A stretch of 64,000 nt of DNA from an uncultured Actinomycetota bacterium (GCA_963766465.1 CAVXZT010000014.1:464370-528369), one strand, 5' to 3'. Shown: positions 24,837 to 36,367, counted from the stretch's first letter. Numbers and translations are program-made. Notes: generated from the letters alone by a model not told the origin.

Positions 24837-24921
24837 GCAGGCAATATTACGCCACCGTTGTATTCGTTGCGGGTAATTGCTACGGTTGCGTTGTATTCAG
24901 GGGAAAGCAGAGGTAGACACC

Positions 24922-25830
24922 ATGATGGAGTCGATTCGCCGCGACGACTACGGCTTCTTTGGGCCGGATTCGCCCAGCTGGAAGGTGTGGGCGTCGCCGA
25001 CCTCGTTGATCGGATTTCAGCGCGCGGTGGTGCTTGAGCATTTCGACCCGTTCCTCGCCGCGGCGGTGGCCGACAGCGCCGGCATCTACAGCGATCCGAG
25101 GGGCCGGTTGGACCGCACGCTGGCCTACTTCCTCACCGTCGCCGTGTCCGACGGCGGCACTGCCGTCGCGGTGTCCGACGCGCTGATGCGAATCCACGCC
25201 AGGGTCAAGGGAATCGAGCCGATCACCGGCGTCCGTTACAGCGCCAACAATCCCGAAGCCCAGCTGTGGATCCACGTAACGGGATGGCATTCGGTGCTCA
25301 AATGCTATGAGCGCTATGGGCCGGGGCCGCTGTCGGCAGCGGAGGAGTCGCGGTTCTGGGAGGAGTCGCGCATCGCCGCCGAGCTTCAGACCTGCAAGTC
25401 GAGTGACGTCCCAGCATCGCGCGACGAGGTGCGACAGTACTTCGCCGACGTTCGCGGCCAACTGTGCACTTCTGAACATGCCGACCGCGCAATGCATTAC
25501 CTGTTGTGGACACCGCGGGACCGCGGCGTACGACTGTGGGCCGGCAGCCGAATTCTCGCACCGGCCGCGATCGCGACATTGCCAAAATGGATGCGGCACA
25601 TGGGCAATTTCGACCAGCCCGCTGCGGTCGATGCCGCGGTGACGCCGGTCGCCCGGGCGCTCGTGCGTGCGCTGTCGGCGAACAACTCACGCCCGATGCT
25701 GGCCATGGCGCGCGGGCTGGTGCCGGAAACCGCCGAGGTGCTGGCCCAGCACCTGACCGCGGGTGAGCCTGCGCTGCGACGCACCGTCACTCCGGCCGAA
25801 GCCCGCGAACGACTGAGCGCTCACGCGTGA
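24922..25830 (+). CDS. Oxygenase MpaB family (DUF2236) protein
   Basis: YGFFGPDSPSWKVW, LMRIHARVKG, YSANNPEAQLWIHVT. Divergent from a TetR gene. Confidence 0.88.
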   Translation: MMESIRRDDYGFFGPDSPSWKVWASPTSLIGFQRAVVLEHFDPFLAAAVADSAGIYSDPRGRLDRTLAYFLTVAVSDGGTAVAVSDALMRIHARVKGIEPITGVRYSANNPEAQLWIHVTGWHSVLKCYERYGPGPLSAAEESRFWEESRIAAELQTCKSSDVPASRDEVRQYFADVRGQLCTSEHADRAMHYLLWTPRDRGVRLWAGSRILAPAAIATLPKWMRHMGNFDQPAAVDAAVTPVARALVRALSANNSRPMLAMARGLVPETAEVLAQHLTAGEPALRRTVTPAEARERLSAHA

Positions 25831-26444
25831 CTAGTCTGCATCGGCCAATGAGGCTGTCCCAGGCGGAGATTGCGGATTCGGCCACCGCGGACAACTTCGC
25901 CTGATCCGCGCCATCGCGCGCCTGGATCGCCATCCCGTGGTTCACCGAGTTGTAGAACGCGGCCATCGTCTCAGCGTCGGCGCCCTCGGGCACGTCCCCG
26001 TCGGCGATCCCGCGCTCGATGCGTTCGGTGAAATCCCGCTCGAATGCCATTCGCCATTCGGCGAGATGCTCGTGCACGTGAGCGACTGCGTTCGGTGCAT
26101 GTGGTCGCGGCGAGCACGATCATGCAGCCGCGGGGATAGTCGGCGTCGCAGAACACTGCCGCGTGGTGGCGAAGCACAGCGGAAATGGCCTCGCGCGCGG
26201 TGGGCCGCTCACGAAGTTCGGCGGCCGCAGTGGCTCCCAAGGTCTCGTTGTAGAGCGCGACCGCCTCCCGGAACAGCTGCTCCTTGCAACCGAACGCCGC
26301 GTACAGGCTTGGAGAGCTGATTCCCATCGCCACCGTGAGATCGCTGATGGACGCGGCTTCATAGCCGTGTTCCCAGAACACTTTCATCGCCTTCTGCAAG
26401 GCGCCGTCCCGGTCGAAGGCGCGAGGCCTGCCACGAACCGCCAT
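25787..26444 (-). CDS. TetR/AcrR family regulator (ComR/NemR-like), one indel near 26100
   Basis: GRPRAFDRD...VFWEHGYEAASISDLTVAMGISSPSLYAAFGCKEQLF, GCMIV, HGMAIQARDG. True 3' end may be nearer 25830. Confidence 0.88.
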
Positions 26445-26456
26445 GCCACACCCCAT

Positions 26457-26530
26457 TTCTGTATCGAACGGCACCGAACTCATTGACAAGTCTAACCCGG
26501 ACTAATAGTTTTGTATCGAACGACACAGAA
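26457..26530 (+). promoter_or_regulatory. Two 22-bp TetR-type operators flanking a TTGACA-N17-TAGTTT promoter
   Basis: TTCTGTATCGAACGGCACCGAA 26457-26478 and TTTTGTATCGAACGACACAGAA 26509-26530; -35 at 26483-26488, -10 at 26506-26511. Confidence 0.72.
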
Positions 26531-26540
26531 ATAGAGGAGG

Positions 26541-27287
26541 GTGAGCATGACTGAACTAGCCGGAAAAGTGGCCCTGGTGACCGGAGCCAGCAGGGGGATC
26601 GGCGCCGCCATCGCGACCCGGCTTGCCGAGCTCGGTGCCGACGTCGCGATCACCTACGCCCGGTCCAAGCAGCGCGCCGACGAAGTGGTCGGCACAATCA
26701 CCGCGCACGGACGTCGTGGGCTGGCCGTCAAGGCCGACAGTGCGGCCGCCGACGAAGTGGTCGCGGCCGTCGGACGCGTCGTCGACGAATTCGGCCGGAT
26801 CGACATCCTGGTCAACAACGCAGGCATTTTTCCGTTCGGCCCGATCGACGACGTTTCGCTCGAGGAGATCGACCAAGCCCTCGGCATCCACGCCCGCGGG
26901 ACCTATGTGGCCAGTCAGGCCGCGGTCCGGCACATGACCGAGGGCGGACGGATCATCAGTATCGGCAGCAATCTTGCTGAACGCGTGCCGTTTCCGGGGG
27001 TGGCTCTGTATTCGATGAGCAAGTCGGCGCTCATCGGATTCACGAAGGGCCTCGCCCGCGATCTCGGTGACCGTGGCATCACCGTGAATCTCGTGCAGCC
27101 TGGCTCTACCGACACCGACATGAATCCCGCCGACGGGCCGACCGCCGACGACCAGCGTGGGATGTCCGCGCTGGGTCGGTACGCAGATCCGACCGACATC
27201 GCGGACGCCGTCGCCTACCTGTCAGGACCGGGTGCGCGCAACGTCACCGGTTCGTTGCTCACGGTCGACGGCGGCACGAATGCGTAG
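26541..27287 (+). CDS. Short-chain dehydrogenase/reductase (FabG/BdcA-like)
   Basis: TGASRGIG, NNAG, YSMSK (YxxxK), VQPGSTDTDMNP, VDGG. Confidence 0.93.
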   Translation: MSMTELAGKVALVTGASRGIGAAIATRLAELGADVAITYARSKQRADEVVGTITAHGRRGLAVKADSAAADEVVAAVGRVVDEFGRIDILVNNAGIFPFGPIDDVSLEEIDQALGIHARGTYVASQAAVRHMTEGGRIISIGSNLAERVPFPGVALYSMSKSALIGFTKGLARDLGDRGITVNLVQPGSTDTDMNPADGPTADDQRGMSALGRYADPTDIADAVAYLSGPGARNVTGSLLTVDGGTNA

Positions 27288-27292
27288 CCGCG

Positions 27293-27611
27293 ATGGCCTG
27301 GCTCGTTCTGATTTGCGCCGGGCTGCTCGAGATCGTTTGGGCGACAGCGCTTAAACAATCGGACGGGTTCAGCCGGCTGTGGCCGAGCGTCGTCGGCATC
27401 GGCGGTGCGCTGGTGAGCTTTGGTCTGTTGGCGGTGGCGCTGCGGCAATTACCCGCGGGCACCGGTTATGCCGTTTGGGTGGGTATCGGTGCGGTGGGCG
27501 TCGCGATCGCCGGGATCGTGGTGTTCGGTGAGGCCGTGAGCGCGACCCGGCTGCTGTTTCTGTCGCTGATCATCGTTGGCATCGTGGGGCTACGCCTCGC
27601 CGAAGGGCTAG
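27293..27611 (+). CDS. SMR/DMT family small multidrug transporter (SugE/Gdx-like)
   Basis: MAWLVLICAGLLEIVWA (membrane Glu), GTGYAVWVGIG, four TM segments. Expected stop near 27611 lost to an extra G (gaagggctag). Confidence 0.88.
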
Positions 27612-27638
27612 TCGCGAACCCGTTGTGCCGCAGGCGAG

Positions 27639-28759
27639 TTAAGTGTTGTCGGCGTTACTGCGCGGGAATCCGCCACCCGACGGGAACAGCGGGAAGACGA
27701 CGTCGTCAAGCTTCTCGGCATCGCCGGACGTCTTGTTGACCGTGGCGCCCCACACATTGCCGTCGGGCGAGAGCTGCAACGCCCACGCATGGCCGTGCTG
27801 GTCCTGACGGACCACCTCGGGCTCGCCGGTGACCGCGCCGGTATCGGGCGCCAGTCGCACCGCCACGGTTTGCTTGGTGTTGACGAGATTCACCAGCACC
27901 GTGCCGTCGAGTGCGGCGCAGCCGGCCACGCCGGGACGATCAGGCCACGTCCACACCGTCGAAGTCTTCGAGTCCTTGGTGATGCGCTGCAGCCGGTCGG
28001 CGGTCGGCGTGCGGTCAGTGATGTAGAGGGCACCGTCCGACGGATCGATGCACATGCTGCCGCCGGGGCCCATCCCTGAAAGCGCCGTCGTCGGCGGCGC
28101 CGGGTTGACGGTGGTCGGCTGTTCCAGGCGCAGGACCTTGCCTGCCAGCGAAGCAGGATCGGCGGCCTGGGCGGGATCGCCCGCGTCACCGGTCTGCACA
28201 ACCAAGGTTGTCGGGCTGGTGAAGATCAACGACCCCATGTTCCCGACGGCGCCTTTCGGGATTCCGGTCAGGATCGGCTTCGGGATGTCGCCGTCCGCGA
28301 TGCGGATGACCCGGTTGTCGGTCGGGGTGCTGACGTAGGCGTACATCAGCCGATCCTGGGAGTACGTCGGCGACAGCGCGATGTCCATCAAGCCTCCGTC
28401 ACCGCTCGGGTCGACGGGGATGACCAACTTGACCTTGGGCTCGGCCCTGGTCGAGACCTCCTTGACGGCACCTGTCGTGCGTTCGGCCACCAAGCCGACT
28501 GGCTGTCGGGCAACATGATCAGCCCGCTGGTGCTCTCCAGGCAGCCCTGCATGACGCCGGGCGCCGGGCAGGCCTTCGGGAACGGCTTGGCTGGCAGCGG
28601 CGGCGGGGGCGGCGGGGACGACGAAGGCCCCTGCTTGATTTCCGGTTCGGTGGTGAACGGCTGCGATTGCGCCTCGTCGAAGCGGGCGCATCCCGACCCG
28701 ACGAGCAACGCCGCGCACAGCAGGACAATCACACCCCGCACGGGTCGGCGCTGTCTCAT
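27639..28759 (-). CDS. lppZ: LppZ-like lipoprotein, glucose/sorbosone dehydrogenase (PQQ-type beta-propeller) family, one indel near 28495
   Basis: Lipobox GSG-C, ARFD.AQSQPFT, GLMDIALSP.Y..DRLMYAY, VQTGDAG, SLAGKVLR. Confidence 0.82.
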
Positions 28760-28897
28760 GCAGGCCAGGTTACGGATTGTTCGGCCATGCGCGCCACGCT
28801 CGCCTCGGCGACGCGGCGAACCGCCCTCGCGAATAGGGCCTTCAAAGCGCCGCGCCAATCCTCGATTCGCGGGTTACTAGCACTTACCCTGGCAAGC

Positions 28898-29704
28898 GTG
28901 ACCAGTAATCCTGATCCACACGCATGGCAGCGTCCTGCGTCTGCAAGCCTGGTCGATCCCGAAGACGATCTTCCTTCCTCGAACTACGCTGGTGATTTCG
29001 AAACCACGGCGATCCCGCGCTACGACTCGGCGAAGTCATCGACAGGCCAACCGTTTGGCCTGATCGGCGACCCTGAGCCGCTGCCCTACGTGCAGCCCGG
29101 CGGCAGGCACTCACTCGGGCCATATGGTGCAGAGCCCACCGAAATCGAACCGGATGCCGGCGGCGACCGGGTTCGCGACCGGCGGGGGACTCAGGACTTC
29201 GGTCTACTTCTCCTGCGTCTCGCGGTCGGCGCGCTGCTCATCGGGCATGGCCTGCAGAACGCCTTCGGGTTGTGGGGCGGCCCGGCATTCGACGGCTTCG
29301 AGAAGTCGCTGACGGGTATGGGCTTCCAGCACGCCGACATCCTGACCTATGTGGCGGCCGGTGGTCAGATCGCCGCCGGGGTGTTCCTGGTGCTGGGCCT
29401 ATTCACGCCCGTTGCGGCCGCCGGCGCACTGGCGTACCTGGTGACGGGCCTATTGGCGGAGGCCATGATGGCCCACGAAGAGGCCAGGCTCGGGTCGTTC
29501 CTCACCGACGGCCATGAATACAAGGTTGTCCTGGTCATCGTGGTCGCAGCCATCGTCCTGATCGGCCCAGGACGCTACGGATTCGACGCAGGCCGCGGCT
29601 GGGCACGTCGCCCGTTCATCGGCTCATCCATTGCGCTGGTCCTGGGTATCGGGGGCGGCATCGCGGTGTGGGTGCTGCTCAACGGCGGCAACCCGCTGGC
29701 CTGA
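28898..29704 (+). CDS. DoxX family membrane protein (Rv3005c-like)
   Basis: TQDFGLLLLRLAVG...HGLQ..FG, GHEY, GPGRYGFD. Confidence 0.88.
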   Translation: MTSNPDPHAWQRPASASLVDPEDDLPSSNYAGDFETTAIPRYDSAKSSTGQPFGLIGDPEPLPYVQPGGRHSLGPYGAEPTEIEPDAGGDRVRDRRGTQDFGLLLLRLAVGALLIGHGLQNAFGLWGGPAFDGFEKSLTGMGFQHADILTYVAAGGQIAAGVFLVLGLFTPVAAAGALAYLVTGLLAEAMMAHEEARLGSFLTDGHEYKVVLVIVVAAIVLIGPGRYGFDAGRGWARRPFIGSSIALVLGIGGGIAVWVLLNGGNPLA

Positions 29705-29708
29705 CCAG

Positions 29709-30107
29709 CTATTTGTAAGGATTCGGCACGCGGCCGTCGCTGGCCTCGGTGAGCAACGGCAGTGTCGCGAACGTCACCGCAGGTAGCCGCAGCTCGGCAC
29801 CGTCCTTCATCCGCGCGTACGCCCATGAGCCCTTGCCGAAGCGCAGGCCTTCGACATCGTCCCAAGAGACCGTCTCGCTGCCCAGAAGCGTGCGCGCGGT
29901 CACGGCGTCGCGATCGGCCACCGTGCGGTACCGAATGATCAACGTCGACAGGATGACAGGAATCACGAGCAGCGGCGCGACCCACTCCGGCCCGGCGAGC
30001 ACCGTTGCCAGAAGGCCGAGCGCCAGGAAGCCGACGGCGAAATGCGCCATCGGCGAGATCCGGATGACGACCGTGGCGGGAGGCGCCGAGGCTGATGGCG
30101 AGCTCAC
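29709..30107 (-). CDS. PH domain protein (Cfp6/Rv3004-like)
   Basis: VIRISPMAHFAVGF...RTVAD...VSWDDVEGLRF...LPAVTFATLP...PNPY. Confidence 0.82.
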   Translation of the reverse strand: MSSPSASAPPATVVIRISPMAHFAVGFLALGLLATVLAGPEWVAPLLVIPVILSTLIIRYRTVADRDAVTARTLLGSETVSWDDVEGLRFGKGSWAYARMKDGAELRLPAVTFATLPLLTEASDGRVPNPYK

Positions 30108-30196
30108 ACCGCCATCCTCCCATCGCACAATGCAAGCTCCTGGCTCACAGGTAGGAATTTGACCTTTGACCAGTGCGGAGGCTACCGTCGACGGTT

Positions 30197-30268
30197 ATGC
30201 AGACCCCGGGGTTGCTCGTAGTAATTGGGAAGCGCGTTGATGCCGCGCTTGCCTCCTGCCGGGCATAG
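30197..30268 (+). CDS. ilvB leader peptide MQTPGLLVVIGKRVDAALASCRA
   Basis: Leu-Leu-Val-Val-Ile control codons. Preceded by TTGACC-N18-TACCGT; probably leaderless. Confidence 0.78.
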   Translation: MQTPGLLVVIGKRVDAALASCRA

Positions 30269-30287
30269 CAACCAGCATCAACGCGCG

Positions 30288-30323
30288 ACCCTCGTACAGC
30301 AGCCCAGCTGACGGGGGTTTTTT
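30288..30323 (+). terminator. ilvBNC attenuator terminator
   Basis: ACCCTCGT-CAGC...GCTG-ACGGGGGT followed by a T run, downstream of the leader peptide. Confidence 0.8.
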
Positions 30324-30380
30324 CTTGCCCCAGCACTGATTTGAGATCCTAGAGACGACGACAGAGATAAAGAGGACATC

Positions 30381-32258
30381 GTGAGCGCACCCACCACGCG
30401 ACCACCGGAGCAGTCGGCGACTGCGGCCAATGGGGGTCACACCGCGCCCGCCGCGGCGAAACCTGCATCGAAGGCCGGCGCTGCACAGCCGAAACGCATT
30501 GCGCCGCATCAGCTCACCGGTGCGCAGGCGGTAATCCGGGCGCTGGAAGAACTCGACGTTGACACCATCTTCGGCATCCCCGGCGGTGCCGTGTTGCCGG
30601 TCTACGACCCGCTTTTCGACTCGAAGAAGCTGCGGCACGTGCTGGTTCGTCACGAACAGGGCGCCGGACACGCCGCCAGCGGCTACGCGCATGCCACCGG
30701 CAAGGTCGGCGTGTGCATGGCGACCTCGGGCCCGGGTGCCACGAACCTGGTCACGCCGCTCGCGGACGCATACATGGATTCCATCCCGGTCGTCGCGGTC
30801 ACCGGGCAGGTCGGCCGCGCGCTGATCGGCACCGACGCCTTCCAGGAAGCCGACATCTCCGGCATCACCATGCCGATCACCAAGCACAACTTCCTGGTCC
30901 GCGATGGTGACGACATCGCACGCGTGATGGCCGAGGCGTTCCACATCGCCTCGTCCGGCAGGCCGGGCCCGGTGCTCGTCGACATCCCGAAGGACGTGCT
31001 GCAAGCGCAGTGCACCTTCAGCTGGCCACCAGTGATCGACCTGCCCGGCTACAAGCCGAACACCAAGCCGCATAACCGCCAGGTCCGCGAGGCGGCCAAG
31101 CTGATCGCCGCGGCGCGCAAGCCGGTGCTCTACGTCGGCGGTGGCGTCATCCGCGGCGAGGCCACCGAGCAGCTGCTGGATCTCGCCGAGCTGACCGGCA
31201 TCCCCGTCGTCACCACGCTGATGGCCCGCGGCGCATTCCCGGACAGCCACCCGCAGAACATGGGCATGCCCGGCATGCACGGCACCGTCGCGGCGGTGGG
31301 CGCGTTGCAGAAGAGCGACCTGCTGATCGCGCTGGGCACCCGTTTCGATGACCGGGTGACCGGCAAGCTCGACTCGTTCGCGCCTGACGCCAAGGTGATC
31401 CACGCCGACATCGACCCCGCCGAGATCGGTAAGAACCGACACGCCGACGTGCCGATCGTTGGCGACGTCAAGGCCGTCATCACCGATCTGATCGACGCGC
31501 TGCGCCGCGACGGCACCATCGGCTCGATCAAGATCGACAACTGGTGGGAGTACCTGCGCGGCGTGCAGGCGACATACCCGCTGAGCTACGGGCCGCAGAG
31601 CGACGGCAGCCTGTCACCCGAGTACGTGATCGAAACGCTTGGCAAGATGGCCGGACCCGATGCCGTGTATGTGGCAGGCGTTGGGCAGCACCAGATGTGG
31701 GCCGCGCAGTTCATCAAGTACGAGAACCCGAAGACGTGGCTCAACTCCGGTGGTCTCGGCACCATGGGCTTCGCGGTCCCTGCGGCGATGGGCGCCAAGT
31801 TCGGTCGGCCCGACGCCGAGGTGTGGGCGATCGACGGCGACGGCTGCTTCCAGATGACCAATCAGGAACTGGCCACGTGTGCCGTCGAGGGCGCGCCGAT
31901 CAAGGTGGCCGTCATCAACAACGGCAACCTGGGAATGGTGCGGCAGTGGCAGACGCTGTTCTACGGAGAGCGGTACAGCCAAACGGATCTGGCCACGCAT
32001 TCGCATCGCATCCCGGATTTCGTCAAGCTGGCCGAGGCGCTGGGCTGCGTCGGATTGCGTTGCGAGCGTGCCGAAGACGTCGAGGACGTCATCAGGCAGG
32101 CGCGTGAGATCAACGACCGCCCGGTGGTGATCGACTTCATCGTCGGCGCCGACGCGCAGGTGTGGCCGATGGTGGCCGCAGGCACCAGCAATGACGAGAT
32201 CCAGGCGGCAAAGGGAATCCGCCCGCTGTTCGACGATCCGGAAGAAGGCCACGCCTGA
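30381..32258 (+). CDS. ilvB: Acetolactate synthase large subunit
   Basis: [46 protein letters not shown]. Confidence 0.98.
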   Translation: MSAPTTRPPEQSATAANGGHTAPAAAKPASKAGAAQPKRIAPHQLTGAQAVIRALEELDVDTIFGIPGGAVLPVYDPLFDSKKLRHVLVRHEQGAGHAASGYAHATGKVGVCMATSGPGATNLVTPLADAYMDSIPVVAVTGQVGRALIGTDAFQEADISGITMPITKHNFLVRDGDDIARVMAEAFHIASSGRPGPVLVDIPKDVLQAQCTFSWPPVIDLPGYKPNTKPHNRQVREAAKLIAAARKPVLYVGGGVIRGEATEQLLDLAELTGIPVVTTLMARGAFPDSHPQNMGMPGMHGTVAAVGALQKSDLLIALGTRFDDRVTGKLDSFAPDAKVIHADIDPAEIGKNRHADVPIVGDVKAVITDLIDALRRDGTIGSIKIDNWWEYLRGVQATYPLSYGPQSDGSLSPEYVIETLGKMAGPDAVYVAGVGQHQMWAAQFIKYENPKTWLNSGGLGTMGFAVPAAMGAKFGRPDAEVWAIDGDGCFQMTNQELATCAVEGAPIKVAVINNGNLGMVRQWQTLFYGERYSQTDLATHSHRIPDFVKLAEALGCVGLRCERAEDVEDVIRQAREINDRPVVIDFIVGADAQVWPMVAAGTSNDEIQAAKGIRPLFDDPEEGHA

Positions 32259-32761
32259 TGAGCACCGTCAACACGCACACATTGAGCGTGCTCGTCGAGG
32301 ACAAACCCGGCGTGCTCGCCCGAGTGGCGTCACTGTTCTCGCGGCGTGGCTTCAATATCCAGTCGCTGGCTGTTGGTGCGACCGAGCAGAAAGACATGTC
32401 GCGGATGACGATCGTCGTCAGCGTCGAGGACTCGCCGCTCGAGCAGATCACCAAGCAGCTCAACAAGCTCATCAACGTGATCAAGATCGTCGAGCAGGAC
32501 GACGACAACGCGGTGTCGCGCGAGCTGGCCTTGATCAAGGTGCGTACCGACGCGACTACCCGCAGCCAGGTCATCGAGGCGGTGAACCTGTTCCGCGCCA
32601 AGGTCGTTGACGTGACGACTGAGTCGTTGACGATCGAAGCCACCGGCACCCCAGCGAAGCTGGAAGCGTTCATGCGGGTGCTGGAGCCTTTTGGAATCCG
32701 TGAGCTCGCACAGTCCGGTGTGGTGTCGCTGTCGCGCGGTCCGCGCGGCATCGGCAAGTAA
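32258..32761 (+). CDS. ilvN: Acetolactate synthase small subunit
   Basis: HTLSVLVEDKPGVLARVASLFSRRGFNIQSL. Confidence 0.97.
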   Translation: MSTVNTHTLSVLVEDKPGVLARVASLFSRRGFNIQSLAVGATEQKDMSRMTIVVSVEDSPLEQITKQLNKLINVIKIVEQDDDNAVSRELALIKVRTDATTRSQVIEAVNLFRAKVVDVTTESLTIEATGTPAKLEAFMRVLEPFGIRELAQSGVVSLSRGPRGIGK

Positions 32762-32778
32762 GACCCGAAATCAGCTAG

Positions 32779-33819
<1,041 letters not shown>

Positions 33820-33827
33820 GGTCTCAA

Positions 33828-33880
33828 GCGATTTCGGCGCGTTAGGTAGCGCTCAGCGCGACTAAACACGCCGAAATCGC
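33828..33880. repeat. REP-like intergenic palindrome
   Basis: GCGATTTCGGCG...CGCCGAAATCGC perfect 12-bp arms with an extended imperfect stem. Confidence 0.7.
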
Positions 33881-34051
33881 AGGCCTGACGGGTCTTTGCT
33901 ACGTCAAGTACTTTGAACGGCTGCGTCAATACGCTGAAAATGGCCGGCTGGTAGGCGGATAATTGGCCTTATCCAAGACCAGTCGTGGTGACCTTCCGTC
34001 AAGTTCGGGGATTTGCGTCTAGGCCACATGCGCCGAACACAGGGAGCACCC

Positions 34052-34483
34052 ATGTCCCCCCATCCATCCAGCCACTGGCGCCGCCTCGTGCACGCCGCCT
34101 GCCTCGCCGCTGCGGGCGCCGTCGCAGCGGGCGCGATGATGCTGACCGCCCCCGTCGGCAACGCAATCCCTGAATCGCAGATCAGCAGCGAATGCGACGC
34201 CGCCAATAAGGGCACGTACTCCACCTCCCTCGGCTCCGACGGCAAGAGGTACTCCAAGTGCTGCTATCGGGATATCGACGGTGTCAAACACTGCGACAAT
34301 TACGTCGACGGCACCTACACCAACACGACCGTGAACAACATCCTGGAGCAGCCACAAAGCTCGCCGCCTCCGCCGCCACCGGCCGAAGTTGCTCCGCCCG
34401 CTGAGGAAGCCGAGAGGCAACCCGCCTCACCGGATTTCGGTGGCCCGGAAATGACACTGTGGATGCCGCCGCCGGCTCCTTAG
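34052..34483 (+). CDS. Small secreted four-Cys protein with Pro-rich tail
   Basis: Signal peptide (RR...AAAGAVAAGAMMLTAPVGNA), EC...KCCY...HC, then PPPPPP tail. RBS GGGAG upstream. Confidence 0.75.
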   Translation: MSPHPSSHWRRLVHAACLAAAGAVAAGAMMLTAPVGNAIPESQISSECDAANKGTYSTSLGSDGKRYSKCCYRDIDGVKHCDNYVDGTYTNTTVNNILEQPQSSPPPPPPAEVAPPAEEAERQPASPDFGGPEMTLWMPPPAP

Positions 34484-34487
34484 ACGG

Positions 34488-34940
34488 CTAGGCCGACCAG
34501 GGGAAGTCGATCCACCGGTCGGTGCGACGCCACACGTACTCGCAATCGACCGTCGATTGCGGCTTCTGGTAGACGACAGCGCATCGGGCCTCGGCGACAT
34601 GCTCGGCGCAGAAGTCGCGGACTAGACGCAGCGTCTCCCCGGTATCCGCTACATCGTCGGCGATCAACACCCGCGCGCCGCTCAGGTCGACGGTGCTGGG
34701 CACCGGCGGCAACATGACTGGCATCGGCAGCCGCTGGTCCACGCCGGTATAGAACTCGACGTTGGTCAGGTGGACGTTCTTCACATCCAACGCGTAGCCA
34801 AGTGCGCCCGCGATGAATAGTCCGCCGCGTGCGATGGCGAGAATCAGATCGGGTGCGAAGCCGTCGGCGACAACGCTGGCCGCCAGTTCACGTGTGGCGG
34901 TGCCGAACCGCTCCCACGACAGCACTTCGTGGTCCGTCAC
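34488..34940 (-). CDS. Type I phosphoribosyltransferase
   Basis: LAIARGGL and the PRPP motif VLIADDVADTGETL. Confidence 0.9.
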   Translation of the reverse strand: MTDHEVLSWERFGTATRELAASVVADGFAPDLILAIARGGLFIAGALGYALDVKNVHLTNVEFYTGVDQRLPMPVMLPPVPSTVDLSGARVLIADDVADTGETLRLVRDFCAEHVAEARCAVVYQKPQSTVDCEYVWRRTDRWIDFPWSA

Positions 34941-36367
34941 GGCGAAAGGCTCGGCAGCTTCTTGATGCCGAACTCGCGCCGCAGCACTGTGCGCGCCGCG
35001 TAGTAGCCGGACATCCCGTGCACGCCGCCGCCCGGTGGTGTCGCCGACGAGCACAGGTACACCTTGGGAATCGGCGTGCTCCACGGGTTGACGCGCGTAG
35101 TCGGGCCCGCCAGCGCGTGGCACAACGTGTTGCCGCCGACTCCGATGTCGCCGCCGACAAGATTGGCGTTGTGTTCGGCCAGACGTGCGGCAGGCACGGA
35201 CCGTACGGCAACGACGACGTCGCGGAAGCCGGGTGCAAAGCGTTCGAAAATCCCTGTGATGGCTTCGCTCTGGTCGACCGGCGAGCCCGACGGCACATGC
35301 GCGTACGTCCACAGTGGGCGGCGTCCCTGTGCGTCGATGCGGCTCGGGTCGGCCAGGTGCGGCAGGGCCGCAAGCACCATCGGCCACTCTGCGTGGCGGC
35401 CCGCGGCCGCCTCCCGCTCGGCGTGAGCCATCTGCTCCCGGGTGCCGCCCATGTGCAAGGTCGGCGCATCGGCCAGTCGCGCGTCGCTCCAAGGGATCTC
35501 GCCCGACAACACGAAGTCGACCTTCGCCACACCCGGACCGAAACGATAGCGCTGCAGCGCCTTTGCGTATCTCCTCGGCAATCTATCGCGGTAGATACGC
35601 AGTAGCGCCGTGGGAGCGGTATCGAAAAGTACTACACCGCTGGGAGGTTCGGTGATTTCCTCGCCCGATGACACCGTGCCGCCGTGTGCGCGCAGATCCG
35701 CGATCAACGCGTTCGGGATGGCCTGGCTGCCGCCGACAGGTATCGGCCAGCCAACGGTATGGGCCAGCGTCGCCAGCATCAGCCCCGCGCCGGCAGAGAC
35801 CAGCGAAGGCATTTGCGAAATCGTATGTGCGGCAACACCGGTGAAAAGAGCGCGCGCATCGGTTCCGGATAGTGCTCGCCACGCCGGCGTGCCCTGCTCG
35901 ACGAGCCGCCGGGCCACCCGGACAGCCGCGATCGGGTCCATGGGAATCGAGCGTTTGTCGCCGAGCAGCAGCTTGAGCACACCGTCATCGCGTTCGACCA
36001 GCGGGCCGAGCAGACGCCGCCACGAGTCGCCGTCGACCAACTCGGCGCAGGTGCGGTCGAGGTCGTGATAGCCGATCGCGGCGGGCCGGCCCGGCAGCGG
36101 GTTGGCGTAGGCGAGCTCGGGCTGCTTCAGCGTCACACCGCGCGCGGGCAGGTTGAACTCCGCAAGGAACGGCGACGCGAGCGCCAGCGGATGCACCGCA
36201 GAGCAGATGTCGTGCGCTACCCCCGAGAACTCTGGGTCGGGGAGGGTGCGCGCCCCGCCACCCAACGTGGGCTGGGCCTCGAACACCTGCACCGAAAGAC
36301 CGGCGCGAGCGCAGATGACGGCGGCCGCCAGGCCGTTGGGTCCACTACCGACGACGGTGACGTCCAC
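34937..36367 (-). CDS. Phytoene dehydrogenase-like FAD oxidoreductase (Rv2997-like)
   Basis: VVGSGPNGLAAA, LGGGART, HDICSAVHPLA, YLCSSATPPGGGVHGMSG. Confidence 0.92.
   Translation of the reverse strand: MDVTVVGSGPNGLAAAVICARAGLSVQVFEAQPTLGGGARTLPDPEFSGVAHDICSAVHPLALASPFLAEFNLPARGVTLKQPELAYANPLPGRPAAIGYHDLDRTCAELVDGDSWRRLLGPLVERDDGVLKLLLGDKRSIPMDPIAAVRVARRLVEQGTPAWRALSGTDARALFTGVAAHTISQMPSLVSAGAGLMLATLAHTVGWPIPVGGSQAIPNALIADLRAHGGTVSSGEEITEPPSGVVLFDTAPTALLRIYRDRLPRRYAKALQRYRFGPGVAKVDFVLSGEIPWSDARLADAPTLHMGGTREQMAHAEREAAAGRHAEWPMVLAALPHLADPSRIDAQGRRPLWTYAHVPSGSPVDQSEAITGIFERFAPGFRDVVVAVRSVPAARLAEHNANLVGGDIGVGGNTLCHALAGPTTRVNPWSTPIPKVYLCSSATPPGGGVHGMSGYYAARTVLRREFGIKKLPSLSP

Noticed and set aside
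27293-27739. 148-aa extended SMR protein, and a guanidine riboswitch
   Set aside because: The extension is explained by an extra G before TAG near 27610. Only five nt separate it from the SDR, leaving no room for a riboswitch.
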